Below are positions 40,088-52,900 of a stretch of DNA of 64,000 nucleotides, piece after piece. This stretch comes from Balanoglossus misakiensis. Its lineage: Eukaryota; Animalia; Hemichordata. The position numbers and the translations under genes were made by a program. Under the pieces are notes generated by a model. The model was not told the DNA's origin and did no database searches. It worked only from the letters and a program-made list of their open reading frames with translations. The DNA lies in assembly GCA_040954595.2 (NCBI GenBank), contig CM082595.2, positions 643,690 to 707,689 on the forward strand, read 5' to 3'. The number at the start of each line of letters is the position of its first letter. Position 1 is the stretch's first letter.

Positions 40088-40913
40088 ATTTCACTCTGTG
40101 TTTTATTGTTAATTCATTGTAAATATTCATTAAGTTGTTTCATAGTAGATTTTTATTTGTTAAAATTACTGACCTTATAATGTAGAATGTCATCAATACA
40201 ACTCAAACGTTGTCAAGGTAAACATTGGTTGTTTGGTCTTCATTTTGTTCAGATTTGTCAAGGTTGGTGTTAGGTTGTGGTCTGTGTACGTTGGTCTTGT
40301 TTAGGGTCGGTGGTCTTTTGGGAGGTTTTGGTGTCATTGGTTCGGTTTGTCTGGTAATGGTTGGTAGTTATCTCTGGTTATGTCTTAGCTCACCTTGATG
40401 ACATTTTGGGAAGTATTGATGACTTTTATGTTGTTTTTTAGTGTTCTTATATTAATTTTGTTTATAAATTTAATAATAATATGTAGTTAAAAGTTTGCAT
40501 GGTGAATGCTATTTCCATTTTCTAGCTTTGTGGAATGGCATCATACATTGCAACTAAAATTGTATCACTATCCTGTCTTTCCTTTCACTATCCTCTTTCT
40601 TAAAAGCTAGGAGCAGAATTGGAAATGACTAAATTTTCAAAATGTTTTCAATTTGGATACTTGTGTTTGTTAAAGTGACAACAAAAAGGTTGTCTAAAGT
40701 GCTGCTGACTAAGCAACCCCAAAACTTGTAAAAATTAAAACTAAAAATTTGCAATGAATTCTGCTCATGGTTCCGTGACAATGTCTTCTTTCTAATGTTA
40801 TTTGAATTGATCATTTGGCATTTGCTTCTGCAAATAAATTGCTTTAGAAATGAAAATGAAATTCAAGAAATTGAAAATCATAGAGAACTTCAACTATATA
40901 TACTGTCACTGGA

Positions 40914-40927
40914 CCGCTAGGGGGCGC
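40914..40927 (+). promoter_or_regulatory. CTCF-like motif CCGCTAGGGGGCGC
   Basis: Close match to the CTCF core consensus; GC-rich motif in AT-rich DNA, 3 kb upstream of Pax3/7. Confidence 0.5.
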
Positions 40928-41904
40928 AGCTATTGTAAGCTGTGGATGTCTCAATAAAACCGAGACACATTGCACCAATATTATAATATTCCAACTTTCG
41001 CCGCTTATGGCACACTTGGTGTCATTGGTTTGTCTGGCAGTGATCAGGCATGTGGTTTGACATCACCTAAGGTGAGGACATCACTTTAGGTAATGTCTTG
41101 CCCTTGTTTTTAACCTTTGATATATGTAGTGTTTCACCTTTCATGTTATTGCTTTACTGTTCTTGTTCAATTTACACTTTAAATGTCACTCACTGTATGT
41201 ATTATTTGTCATTTTGCATCATGTACTTAAATTCTGAATTTCTGTTGTTTTTTAAGGATGACATCCTCAGCAAGGCATGTTTCATATTGTGTTAGCATCA
41301 GGTTTCCAGGGTTTTTCCTTGGCCGACTTATGTGTTGCCATTGCTATGAAATAAAAGTAGGTTAAATTATATACAAGAATATTGTGTGCTGCATTGTTTT
41401 CTGTTTTCCCCATGCCCTACGTATACCATGTGCTACGAGACTGCTCTTTTAGGTGGTATGCAGTTCGAGCCTCTAAAATCAATCTTTTCTTGTATTTTGC
41501 TGAATGCAACATTTAATTATTCTGTCTTGAAATTTAGAACACAAAGTAGGAGGTACTGTGCAAAAATTTGAATGATAGAACTGTCTCAAATTTGAAAAAC
41601 AAAATGGCTGTCAAATTATTAGTGAATATGAACATGCACCCTATTTTTTATTTGTTTTCAAAGAGAATCTTCGCAAACTTCAACATAGGAAAGACTTGAA
41701 AACTTTGGGTGACTAATTTTTTGAAAACCTGTTGCCTGGCATTTTAAAAAGAATGAATAATAATTCAACTGCAGTTTGTCAATTAACTTCTTAAAGAAGG
41801 TTACAAACAGTAACAATTATACAAAGATTACTGCTCAAAAATTCAAACTTGGCCATCGAGGGCGCTGTTGCCGAGAAATGGCCTACGTCACATACTAGTA
41901 CCCA

Positions 41905-41977
41905 AGTCTCGGACCCAGACCCCTCTGCCTCTGTGAAGCGCAGCGGAAGAAGCACAGGGGTCTGGGTTACCAAGACT
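41905..41977. mobile_element. Short palindromic MITE-like element; a related half copy lies at about 35752-35795
   Basis: Arms agtctcggacccagacccct / aggggtctgggttaccaagact are inverted repeats. Confidence 0.55.
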
Positions 41978-43911
41978 GTAAATTGAAATTCAAAATGACC
42001 GCCAATATATGTGTTAAAGCAATGGGAAAAATATAAAGTAAGGATTTTTTGAAAACAGTATGGTGCTACCCAGTTTTATTTTCAGTTGGTGGCCACATGA
42101 ATAAACAATGCAAGTCCAACGTGACCATTCGAAGACTTAGTTGTTTGACCATATATGGGTATATTTATGTAAATTAGAGGTGATTTCTTTGACCTCATTA
42201 AGACCTGTGACCCCAGGTGCTAGGTGGCAGTTCAGCGAGTGTGTAGGGAGTCTTTGAAGGCAAGATTACTGATAGCATCAAGTAAGTTAAACTTTACAAT
42301 CAAACACAACTTCATGGTACATGTAGTTTCCATACGTTCAGTTTAGATGAGACTACACGGTCGCGGAGAAATTTTAAAGTTGGCACAGTGCCACGAGATA
42401 CAGCTATCGCTAACATGCAAATTTGTTCCCCGGAAGTTCTCAGTCTTGTGTGTCCTATGAGGGCGCTGTAACGAAATTGCTGGATTTGCCTGAAACACTC
42501 CATAAAACAAACACTAGTGTGTGATTCGTTTTCAGTACCGGTGAAAACGTTTTATTGCAGTCTTTGCTTAAAGATTTTGATGAAAACTACGTATATATTT
42601 CATCGGATGCAGTTCATTAGCTCAAGGTTTTTCCAACCTGGTTTTTCCGTCTAACACAAAAAACCAACATGAAAAACCTGGAGCTACAGAACCGCAACTC
42701 TTATTTCATACTTTTTGGTATTATTTCATTCAAATGAACGTGATCACGGTAACTGTGAGAATGGATATCATCGCTTTTATCTGGTTCTGGCTGTTTGAAC
42801 CTGAGACATGATGTCGTAATTGTTGGTTTCGAGTCGCGCAGTGGAATTCCCGTCAAATACAAGGGGTGCTATATTGGGGAGTCTAAGTGGTAAAATCGTG
42901 GCATAAAAGACATACTTGTGTCGCGTTTTTGTGCGGAAATCGGTGGAACAGGGCGGAACGAATGTGGTGGACTATCGAAGCGTGAGGTAGCGCCTGCAAA
43001 GGGAAGACTGGCTTTAAAAAAAAGACACCCAATTTATGTCGTGTTACGCCAGACTGGATTCAAAAACTAGCTCTTCTTGTTCGCGGTCGCAATTACAAGC
43101 AATTGGAAAGCAGACAACAAATAAAATGGAAATTAGAGAGAAAAGGGATTTTGAAACCCGATCGTTAATGTAATTACTGGAACAGTTTGTTGTGTGGGGA
43201 CTTCTAAATTGGAAATACAGTAAGGGACGTCTATATGCCGCCCAGACTTGGAGTTTAATAAACACCACAGTTATCTGACCCGGAACACGCACATTTCGCA
43301 GGAAACCAGAAAAAAAATTATCCGACGTTTCGCTTTAAAATCAAATAAGATCCCAACCACCACCAAAAGTCGATGCGTCGTCTAGTCTTTCCGGCGGTCA
43401 CTCGAAAGTATAGTAGTACTACTAGAAAGCCTATCTGGTTTTCTATCTTTCCACTAATTGTCATGACTTAAAGTTTGATGGACTAGTACATTTTATAAGA
43501 GGGATAGTCAACCTGTTTTGTTTGCTTAGTGATCATAGCTTTCGCATTTATCAGTAATTTAATGCTAAACTTTATTTGATATCAAAATAATTTGACCTAC
43601 TAGCAACTTTCAGATTTGCTTGAACTGTAAATTTTTTGTCCCACGTCGAATTTTTAAAATTGTCCAGCACTCAGAAAAATGGAATCGTCTAGGTCTTAAA
43701 ACTCGCACCCTGTTTTCCGCAAGGCACTTTTCGGAAAACGTGTTCCCCGGTTGATGGACGAGAAACATTCTGGACCTAAACACATGTAGTTTGTATGAGT
43801 TTAGTTTAGTTGCAGTCTCGAAAAAGTGCGTTGTTCAAGAAAAGTCGTCCTGGTCCGGCGCGTAGATGAATTAAATCTGTTCCGTTTACTTTTCGCGAGT
43901 TCTCGTGGGTT

Positions 43912-46900
43912 ATGAGACCGGTTCGACCATTTACTGCCCCTGGGTTTCCTCTTGAAGGTAGGAAGCGCAGTCAAAAAGCTACTTAATGACTTGGTTGATG
44001 CACTTTTTGACTTATAGCTATGAGTGTCATTTTATGTAATAATTCAAGGGGTGTTTGAGCATTGTGCCCTAGAGCTTAAAAGTAGAGGAAAAGTTTTATG
44101 TCTTAAAAATCTGAGTCTGTTTAATTTATTTTTACCAGGAGATAAATTCTGTAGGGCCTATGAATTTAATGCGCACTCATGTCGGGTTTAGGCCTAAAAG
44201 AAAAAAAAATATGAACTATCGGGTTTAAAAGAGAGAGAAAAAACACCCGTTTGGATTTTTTTAAAAACTTCACCATACAACCCTTGCGTTTGATTTCCGT
44301 GAGTAGTTAAAAAAGTCGTTGATCATATGGTCACGGTGACATTTGAACATAATTTTGCTACATTGTTTTACAAGTATTGAAACATTGTTTGGAATGTTCA
44401 ATAATTGAGGTTGCAACTTTGTCTGCAGTACCCATGGCAGCGAGATGGTTTGTATATAAACAAATTTTACGGTTATTATAGCAAGGGCGACAGATGGAGC
44501 GGGCTGGAAGGGCTTCGGAGAATGTTTTGGTGCATTTTCTTAATTTAAAAGTCAATTTTCTATCATGGATTACCGTTCAATTGCAGGACAGGGTAGGGTG
44601 AATCAGCTTGGAGGTGTCTTCATCAACGGGCGACCGCTTCCCAATCACATTCGTTACAAAATCATCGAGTTGGCTCATCAAGGAGTCCGGCCTTGTCAGA
44701 TCAGTCGAACACTGCGAGTATCTCATGGATGTGTCAGCAAAATCTTGTGCAGGTATCAAGAAACAGGATCCATCCGACCGGGTACCATTGGAGGAAGCAA
44801 GCCCAAAGTTGCAACGCATGAAGTTGAGAAGAAAATTGAAGACTACAAGAAAGACAACGCTGGGGTTTTCAGCTGGGAGGTGCGAGAAAGGCTTTTGAAG
44901 GACAAAATCTGTGACCGTAACAGCGTCCCAAGCATCAGCTCCATCAGTCGGATTTTGAGGGGAAAGTCAGGAAGACCAGACGATTTGACAGAACATGGAA
45001 AAGAAATCAATGAAAATGGCAATATGGAGCGAACGAGGAGAAGTCATAGCATCGAAGGAATATTGAGCAGACAAGGTAAAACCCGTTTTCAATTTTCACC
45101 GACATTTATCAAACAGGTTTTTCATATTGTCCCATCAATGGCGATCAGTCACTTTCATGAAATTCACCGAAAGATAGTCACGAATATTCAAGAAAACGCT
45201 GTTTGTCAGACAAAATGTCTATATCAGATTTAAATAAACAGTTTCCCAAGTTCATTGCAAATTAAACCATTTCCACAAAGTGGTTGATCATATATTCCGT
45301 ATATGAACGTTGATCGCAGAATAGTACGAGTGTCCGGCTTTGGCTTCCCGGGAGGGAGAGCAGAAAAAAGCCGGTCACTCTCGCCATATTCTCGTAGGGC
45401 TAATCCCAGACTAGTTTTGTATCAAACCGTATTATGTCAGCTTTGCCGGCTAGATACTAGACTAATCCCAGACCGGCTTGTGAGCTACACGTGCAATAAA
45501 TAACGTGAAAGAAACACAACCTTCTGTTCATGTATGTTTCAGCTGAAATGTCAATTTCATAGAACTAGCGTTTCCGACGTTTGGGATTTATTGCCCGAAA
45601 AGCGACCGTACATGATGTTAGTGAAGCTTGCTGCTCTCAGAAAGTTGTACAGAGATGTTACATCGTCATCCATAAAACTGAACTAAGTATCAAAAGGTCT
45701 CGAAAGATAAACGAACATGGTCAAATACTTAAATAGAAAAGTTCTTCGAAAAGTTGTGTCTCCATACACGGTTGCACGTTGTTCAGTCAATTCATTGAAC
45801 AGTGTTTTGTGTACAAAAGCAGTTGCATTTGTGACTGAGTTGTCAAACAAAAACCTTCACAGGCTATTTATTCTAGACTAGCTCTGTGAAAAATAAACTG
45901 ACAAAGGACCCACTTATTGGGTTAAGGAGCTACTTCACTCCTCTGTTTAGCATGATAAGTACTTGCATACAAGTCCAATTTAACTGATATCACCCTGACC
46001 ACACAAGTGTTAAATCACCGTCAAAACTAAGGAAGCTAGCCCCTGCAATTTATGGTAGGTACTCTAGGCAAGTTGGTTTTATAGTAGAGTTTTCAAGATG
46101 CCATTAAATGAGAAAACTTGAGTTCAAACATAGAATAAGAGTACTTATATAGATAAAAATCATCAAAGGTACAGTTAAAACCACCCCTTCTTTAGTCTTA
46201 TAATAGTTGATGTTGCAATCACATTCAGAGTTCATGTTCAGAGGTTACCAGACTGACTGATAACAATCAAGTACTCCTCCACACATGGCCAGGAGTTGTT
46301 GTGACTAGACAGGAAATGATAACCTGCTGTTAAAATGTCATTGCTGAAAATCTAGGGTCCATAGAATTCCCAGTGTTTCCAGGTTTGTTTGGGATCTCTT
46401 TACACAGTACCAATTAGTATTAACAAAGTTTGTCTAGACCTGATTGGGGTTGGTAATTGAAACTAATAGCTTAGTGACTTGAAGCAAGTCCCATGCAGTT
46501 ATGTCAACAAATATAAAAGGTTTGCCCACAGTAGACACCATAAAATGTAAGAAGTAGTGTGTCAATGATCTTGAAGTTGAGGCTGCAGGCTGCCTGTTCC
46601 ATGAAAGTTACACCACTCAGAAAAAAAACATTCTTGGAGAAATACAAACTTATTTGAAAACATCTGGGAGATAGTAGTCACAGACTTCCAGAAAAGATTT
46701 TTTTCCCTCGAACTTTGAATCTGAAAATTTATTTCAGATGGTGAATCGGATTGTGAATTGCAACCAGACCTCCCTCTGAAGAGAAAGCAGCGTCGAAGTC
46801 GAACAACATTTTCTTGTGAACAGTTAGAACATCTGGAGAGAGCTTTTGAAAGAACTCACTATCCTGATATCTACACTAGGGAGGAACTGGCACAGAGAGC

Positions 46901-49900
46901 TTCCCTCACAGAGGCTAGAGTACAGGTAAATAGTAAACAAAAACAAACAGAGGTAACTAGTAAACAAAAGCAAAGGTAAATTGTAAATAGATCTCCCACT
47001 GGTGAAAAAATACAAATTTAGAAACAGACCATGAGAAGTTATCCAGTGCAGTGTATACTTTAATAGAGTTTCAGTTGAGTGAAGTATCGATAACAAACGC
47101 CGAGCGACGGAGTCAGTCAGTTGATTAGAGTGGGGTTTTGTGGTGCCAGCAAAAAATCCACCATTGCAAATTGCATTGCAAATCAATGAGCCACACTTGA
47201 TTACACTAACCATGAATTGATACTGGCAAAAGTAAATTGAACCAGTATAGAATGCCTATAATGAGAATACAACATGTCCCATAACACACTCTTTGCTTGT
47301 AACGTATGTTAGTTTTGGTCTTCATGGCATAGAGTCCGATTGCAAATTTACCAAAAATATCACAAACTCGCCTGACTTCTGCCAACTGCTATTAGAACTC
47401 CATGGCCATGAAACATCAAGAGAATGCTTTTGTTTGAGCCAAAAGAGAGAGAGAAACCTATCAACGTTTCAAAGAAGCTGTGTGATTTTAGCTGTATTGT
47501 CTATGTCCCACAAGCCACTGAGAAAACAGACTTTTGATCTTTACAAAGTTTGCCCTTGGGGAGTGACCACATATCATTGAGTGAAGGGTTTTTGATGAAC
47601 CTAAAGTAAATCTACCTTTGAACAAACATAGTGACCATGCATGTCAGTATGAAGTCATGCAGTAACACAGTTGTGTGGTTGAAGCATATTGCTCCAAGAC
47701 TTCCAAATTACTAAGAAAACAAACTGCGGGTCTTTAAACAACAAACCTGTTGGGGGGATGTGTCTCCTAATTAGTTGTGTCAATCAGAGTGGCTGATGTT
47801 GAGCTCAAGTACGAGTGGAAAACTTGTATCTCGGTGCAACTAACACATTTGTGGCAGACAGATGACCACACGTTAATATCGATTTTTGCCACACAGACGT
47901 CAGAGATAGTATCTACAGACTCCTTTCAAGTTTCCACAATAAAACCCAGCAAAATATTTTTGCAGGGAACAGTTTTCCGGACCTGACCAGGGGCTGGTAT
48001 TAAGATGTTATCAGAATGTCTCTGTGTGTACTTTTCTTTTTGAAGGTGTGGTTCAGTAACCGACGTGCCCGTTGGCGAAAGCAGCTTTCTATGCATCAGC
48101 TAAGTGGCTACAACCCTTGGTATGGAGCACTCCCTACACCCACTCAACTCATGTCGTCTGCTGCCCCCTGTGTGTTCTCAGATGTCCCTAATACTTATCC
48201 TTGTACCACACAAGGTAAGAATGCAAGATTAGTTACCATTGGTGCAGGAAAAATAGACCGTTTTCCAAACTCCTTGAGACCCCGCAAGATCTCGCATGGT
48301 TTGGGCAGTTTAGGACATTCTCATATGACACAGGACAAACAACACAAAATTCCTGTCACTGCTAAACATAATCCAAGATTGAGAGAGAGAGAGAGAGAGA
48401 AAGAGAGACAGACTGATAGAATGAGAGCAAGCGAGAGAGATAGAAAGAAAGAGTGAGAGAGAGAGAAATGAAAGTTTTTTTCTTCTTGGCCTCATGAAAT
48501 AAGTTGGATATTCACCAATGATTCATTATATGTGATGTTGCGAGGTCACTTATGTTTGATTCTTGTTTTATTTTAACAACACAGACACTTCATACCTGCC
48601 ACCTCCATATCAACCAGTTCCAAACCCGAGAATGTTTCAGAACTCCTTCTTCAACGGCACAAACGCAAACATGTGCAGTTCTCCCAGATTCAGTATCCCA
48701 GGCCTCGAGAACACGCTCGGCTCAAAGCCGTGCAACACACCACGATTCGGGATTCCAAGTCTAGAGAACTCTGCACTAAACGCAAAACCATGCAACCCTC
48801 CCAGGTTTGGCCTACCCAGTATAGAAACCTCAACACTCAACCCAAACCCATGCAACTCAACAACAAGATTTGGATTCCCAACCCTAGAGACTTCGCTCAA
48901 TCCGAAACCATCCGTGGGAAGACTGAGTAATCATCAGGTAAGTGTCTTCATCGATATTCCCGGAAAACTGCTAAAAGATAAAATTATGAATGATGTCATA
49001 ATTTATTGCCAGATGTTTGTCTTGATGACAACTCTTTGGTTCTTCATTCGCACACACATGTAAACACAAAATAGTAATAGTCTGTTCAGTCTTCTTAATT
49101 AGATCAATGACTGAAACGCTCTTTATTGTAGAAAGGAATGCCCAAGTCCTTGGGGACAGTCCTGCTGAGGGCAAATGTTAATAACAATTACACACACCTG
49201 AGTGGCTACAAAAGATAGATTGTTACTTTTGACAATGATTATGGAAATTGCAGGGAATTCTGAATGAACTGGCAGGTTTATTTACCGGTAATTATGGAAA
49301 ATATGATGGAAACTAAATAAATTCTTCCTGCTTGCCAGTGATTATGGAAATTTTAGTCAAACTCCGGGATAATACATTCACTGTTCTGGTAAATTTTGTT
49401 GGCACCAGTACTCTTGGATACAGTTAGGATATTAGAAGTTATGCTTGCTTTACACAGATATATGACATGTATATTTGAAAAATCAAAATCAAAATTTGAA
49501 CTGTAATACACTTTCCACCCCTTTTCCCAAGTGTACAAGTCCAACTGAACCATACAAAACTATTGAGTTTAGACAAAGTGCGATTGTATAAGTAGGAAAT
49601 GTAAACCATGTATTTTAGCAAGGGTATGTGATCTAGCCTACAAAAGAAAATATAGTTTGTGTAGTGTCTTGAAATAATTGGTTTGAGTAGCTCGTCTGAG
49701 CACATGAAATTAAGATTTTCTAGTGAATTGACCACGGAGTTGATGTCTTTTGTTGGAGTTCCTCCCGAAGCCGTGGTCTTTTGTCAACTTGACAGATCTG
49801 CTGCAGGCAACGCTTGCTGACTGGCGCCCACCCGTACAAAACAAGAGAACAACACAGCCTATGTAGGAGCTTTAACATAATGGTGGCTGGAGGCGAAATA

Positions 49901-52900
49901 TTACAGACTGGGTTTTCACTACAATGCAGTACAGCCTTCCTCCGCCCTCACTAGGAATACAGCTGTGTTAGGCTCTATTGACAATTTTCAGGTCTATCTC
50001 GTCGATTTGCGCGGCTATGAAAACCAATTTCTTCCAGATAAAGTGCTGTGGATATGCACACCAATACGGTTAAGCTGAGCATTGTGTTTTTGATTAATCC
50101 TTTTAGTTGCCACGTCTCGAGAATATCGCTTTCTGGTATAGCGTTGGAAACGCTTTGGTCAAACCATTTCACCAGAGGGGTGTTTGTACGGGAAATCTGG
50201 AGCATTTCATTTACTTTTATCTACTTTTCATGTAACTCTGAAGTTAATTCAGAGCTGCATCTAAAGATTCAGTCCATGACACCTGTTGATTTGATGATAG
50301 CGTGTGTGTACCCTCTCACCACTATGGTTTAGCCCAAAGCCATTGTTTCCTATGGTAAAGTTGGACCTCTGTATAGAGAAACGGGGGAGGAAGTGTTAAA
50401 CTAGAAAAGTAAAATCATTATATATTCTGCTAACAATTCTAATCTTTAGCATTAAAAATCCTAACCCTGGTAAAGTTTAGACAAAATATCAATTTTCTCA
50501 TACAAGTTAGGTACAAGTTCTGACTTTGTGAACATGCAGATGTCAGGCCAGGTATGCTTCCCTCAGAATCCCAAGGGAGCAAATTCAAATACACGAAGTT
50601 TCAATATACAGACAAGTGTATTTTTGTTTCGTTGAGTGTTGTTTTGAATGCCTGCGCAAAGGCAGATTCCTGTCCAACAAACCACAATGATACAATTATC
50701 AGGGACTCAGTATTTCTCTATTTGTGTTGACAAATTTATGCATTCTTTGATTCACAATAGAAAGTCTGGCATGTGACTTTTTACTCGTCTTATTTACACA
50801 AGAAATTGGAAAGTCTTGAACCAGTTATGCTTATTTCTTGTGTGACGAACTATTTTCAGTAAAGTTGGTGTGACTGCTTGATTAAGATGACCACAAGTGA
50901 AAAAAGCCAATTGGTGTTGAAGATAGTGTGGTTGTATAAGCAATTGCTTAATAAAAAAAGCTTTGGTTAACTTAGAAGTGAGTGAGTACGGCAAGGATAG
51001 GCTGTTTTGAGCCTGCTGTTGTATATAACAGGAGCTTAGCCCCAGGGCAGCTCAACCTGAGTGTATACTCAATACACGCCACCATGTCTGGCAGAGACAA
51101 GACATTTTGTCTTTTGAGGACATTCCAGTCATGGCAAGCTATCATGCAGTATGTAGCGCACATTCTTCGACCTTTTAAAAACAAGGAGAGCTCTTTTTTC
51201 TGCGCTTGTAATTTACTCGAAAAGGGTCTTAATTTTGTTCGGTAAATACTGTATTAGTGGGATGTGTACCGTGCATAATAGTGTGAAGAATTTTGATTGT
51301 TGTGTTGCAATGTTCACTGAGTTGTGTTTTTCTTGGAGACAAGATCTTGTCTAGTTCTATCACTCTGGTATTTTTTTCTTCACTTTTTGGAATGAGTTGT
51401 TTCCAGGCCTGCAATTACGCCTGGTATTTTAACCCTCATGCACTGTCAATGTTACAAACCAATAATGGTGATTATGTGTGATCATTGATGTCGCTGTTTC
51501 TGATGATTTGGGAATGACTTCTCCCATCAATCAATCAATCAACCAACCAATTAATAGTCAACACTGTTTGTGTATACCAATCAGTGAGCTCATTTAGATG
51601 GACCATTCTGAGTTCGAAAGTAAAAATATGACAGTTTAATGTTTTTTAGCAGAGAGGCGTGATGGTTTGTGTGTGAGGCTCTAAGATAACATTCGCTTTG
51701 GGCGCAGAAAGTAACAGGCTGAAGTCAACTTGTCACGACAATTTCCACGTTGAAATGGAACCGATTCAACAAAGAAACCCTGATTGCAAACAGTGGTGCC
51801 TCCTGAATGTCCCATCTGAGACAGCACCACACACAGAATAAAAAAGCTCAAAGGGAGATCGGTTTAATGGTACTATAGGGGGACTTATAGTTAGACAAAG
51901 CCAGTGGGCTGAAACTTTTCATGGCAAATAGCTGTGGGTGAAACAAATGGGCTTAGTCCATGTAATGGGATCTGATTGTTGTGTGTGTAAACACGGTTGG
52001 CAAATGGGAGGAGGGGGAGGGGGGGGGGCTACATGAAAGAGGGTGCCAGTTCTTTCTGTTGTTTTGAAAATCAAAGTGAGCCTTCGGTGATTACAAATCT
52101 GCTGGCTATAGTTGTTAAACAGACTTAAAGAGACTTCGGTCTGTATATTGATTCCTCGTCTAATGACGTTTGGTCGTGTCCAAGTGTTTTCAACAGCACA
52201 ACTGTCGTAGACTTTAAGCTTGTCTCTCGTAGATGTTTGACAGTATGAGAGTTCAGTTTTAAACAACCTACACGTGTGGGTTCCAAACCAGACTGTGAAA
52301 CCATGGTAGATTTGCGCCCACCAAGAATTTAGCCCCCCACTGCAAAGTCACCCTCCATGTATAACACCCTCAGGGTGGACACTAGACAGTGAATCTTATA
52401 AGAAAACAAAAGTAGTCGTAAACATGAATGTTTAGAGAGCACAGGATACTTCACATATTATGCAAAACTTGACAAGAAAAGGGCAGCAAATATGACGTAA
52501 AGTTCCCCGGCTAGCCACCAATGCAAGAATGCCAGAAATGTTTTTTGTAGTGATTACGGCCTGTTTTTGACTTCTGCAGTTTGCCCATAAACATCAGCTT
52601 TTAATTTGCCAGCTAGTTTGTTCCTTAGACAATCTGCCAGATGAGATTTGTTTTTAGTTTTACGTCTCCTCTGCATTCAGCGAGAGAGAGAGAAAGAGGG
52701 AGAGAGAGAGAAAAAAAGAGAGAGAGAGAGACTGGGTGTGTGTATGTCCACTGTGATACTTTGATGATGCTTTAAAGCTTTTAAAGGCCAGGTACAAGAA
52801 TTGAAAATGTCAGTCAAGAATGGAAAAAAAACAACCTGGTCATTCGTTGAGTAACAAAGAGATTTGCAAAGAGTTTGTTCACTTGCTTGGAATGAGCTGT

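Noticed and set aside
44565-44586. ATG at 44565 as the Pax3/7 start
   Set aside because: It lies just before the ttgcag acceptor; the upstream exon 43912-43957 supplies the conserved GFPLE motif in the right phase.
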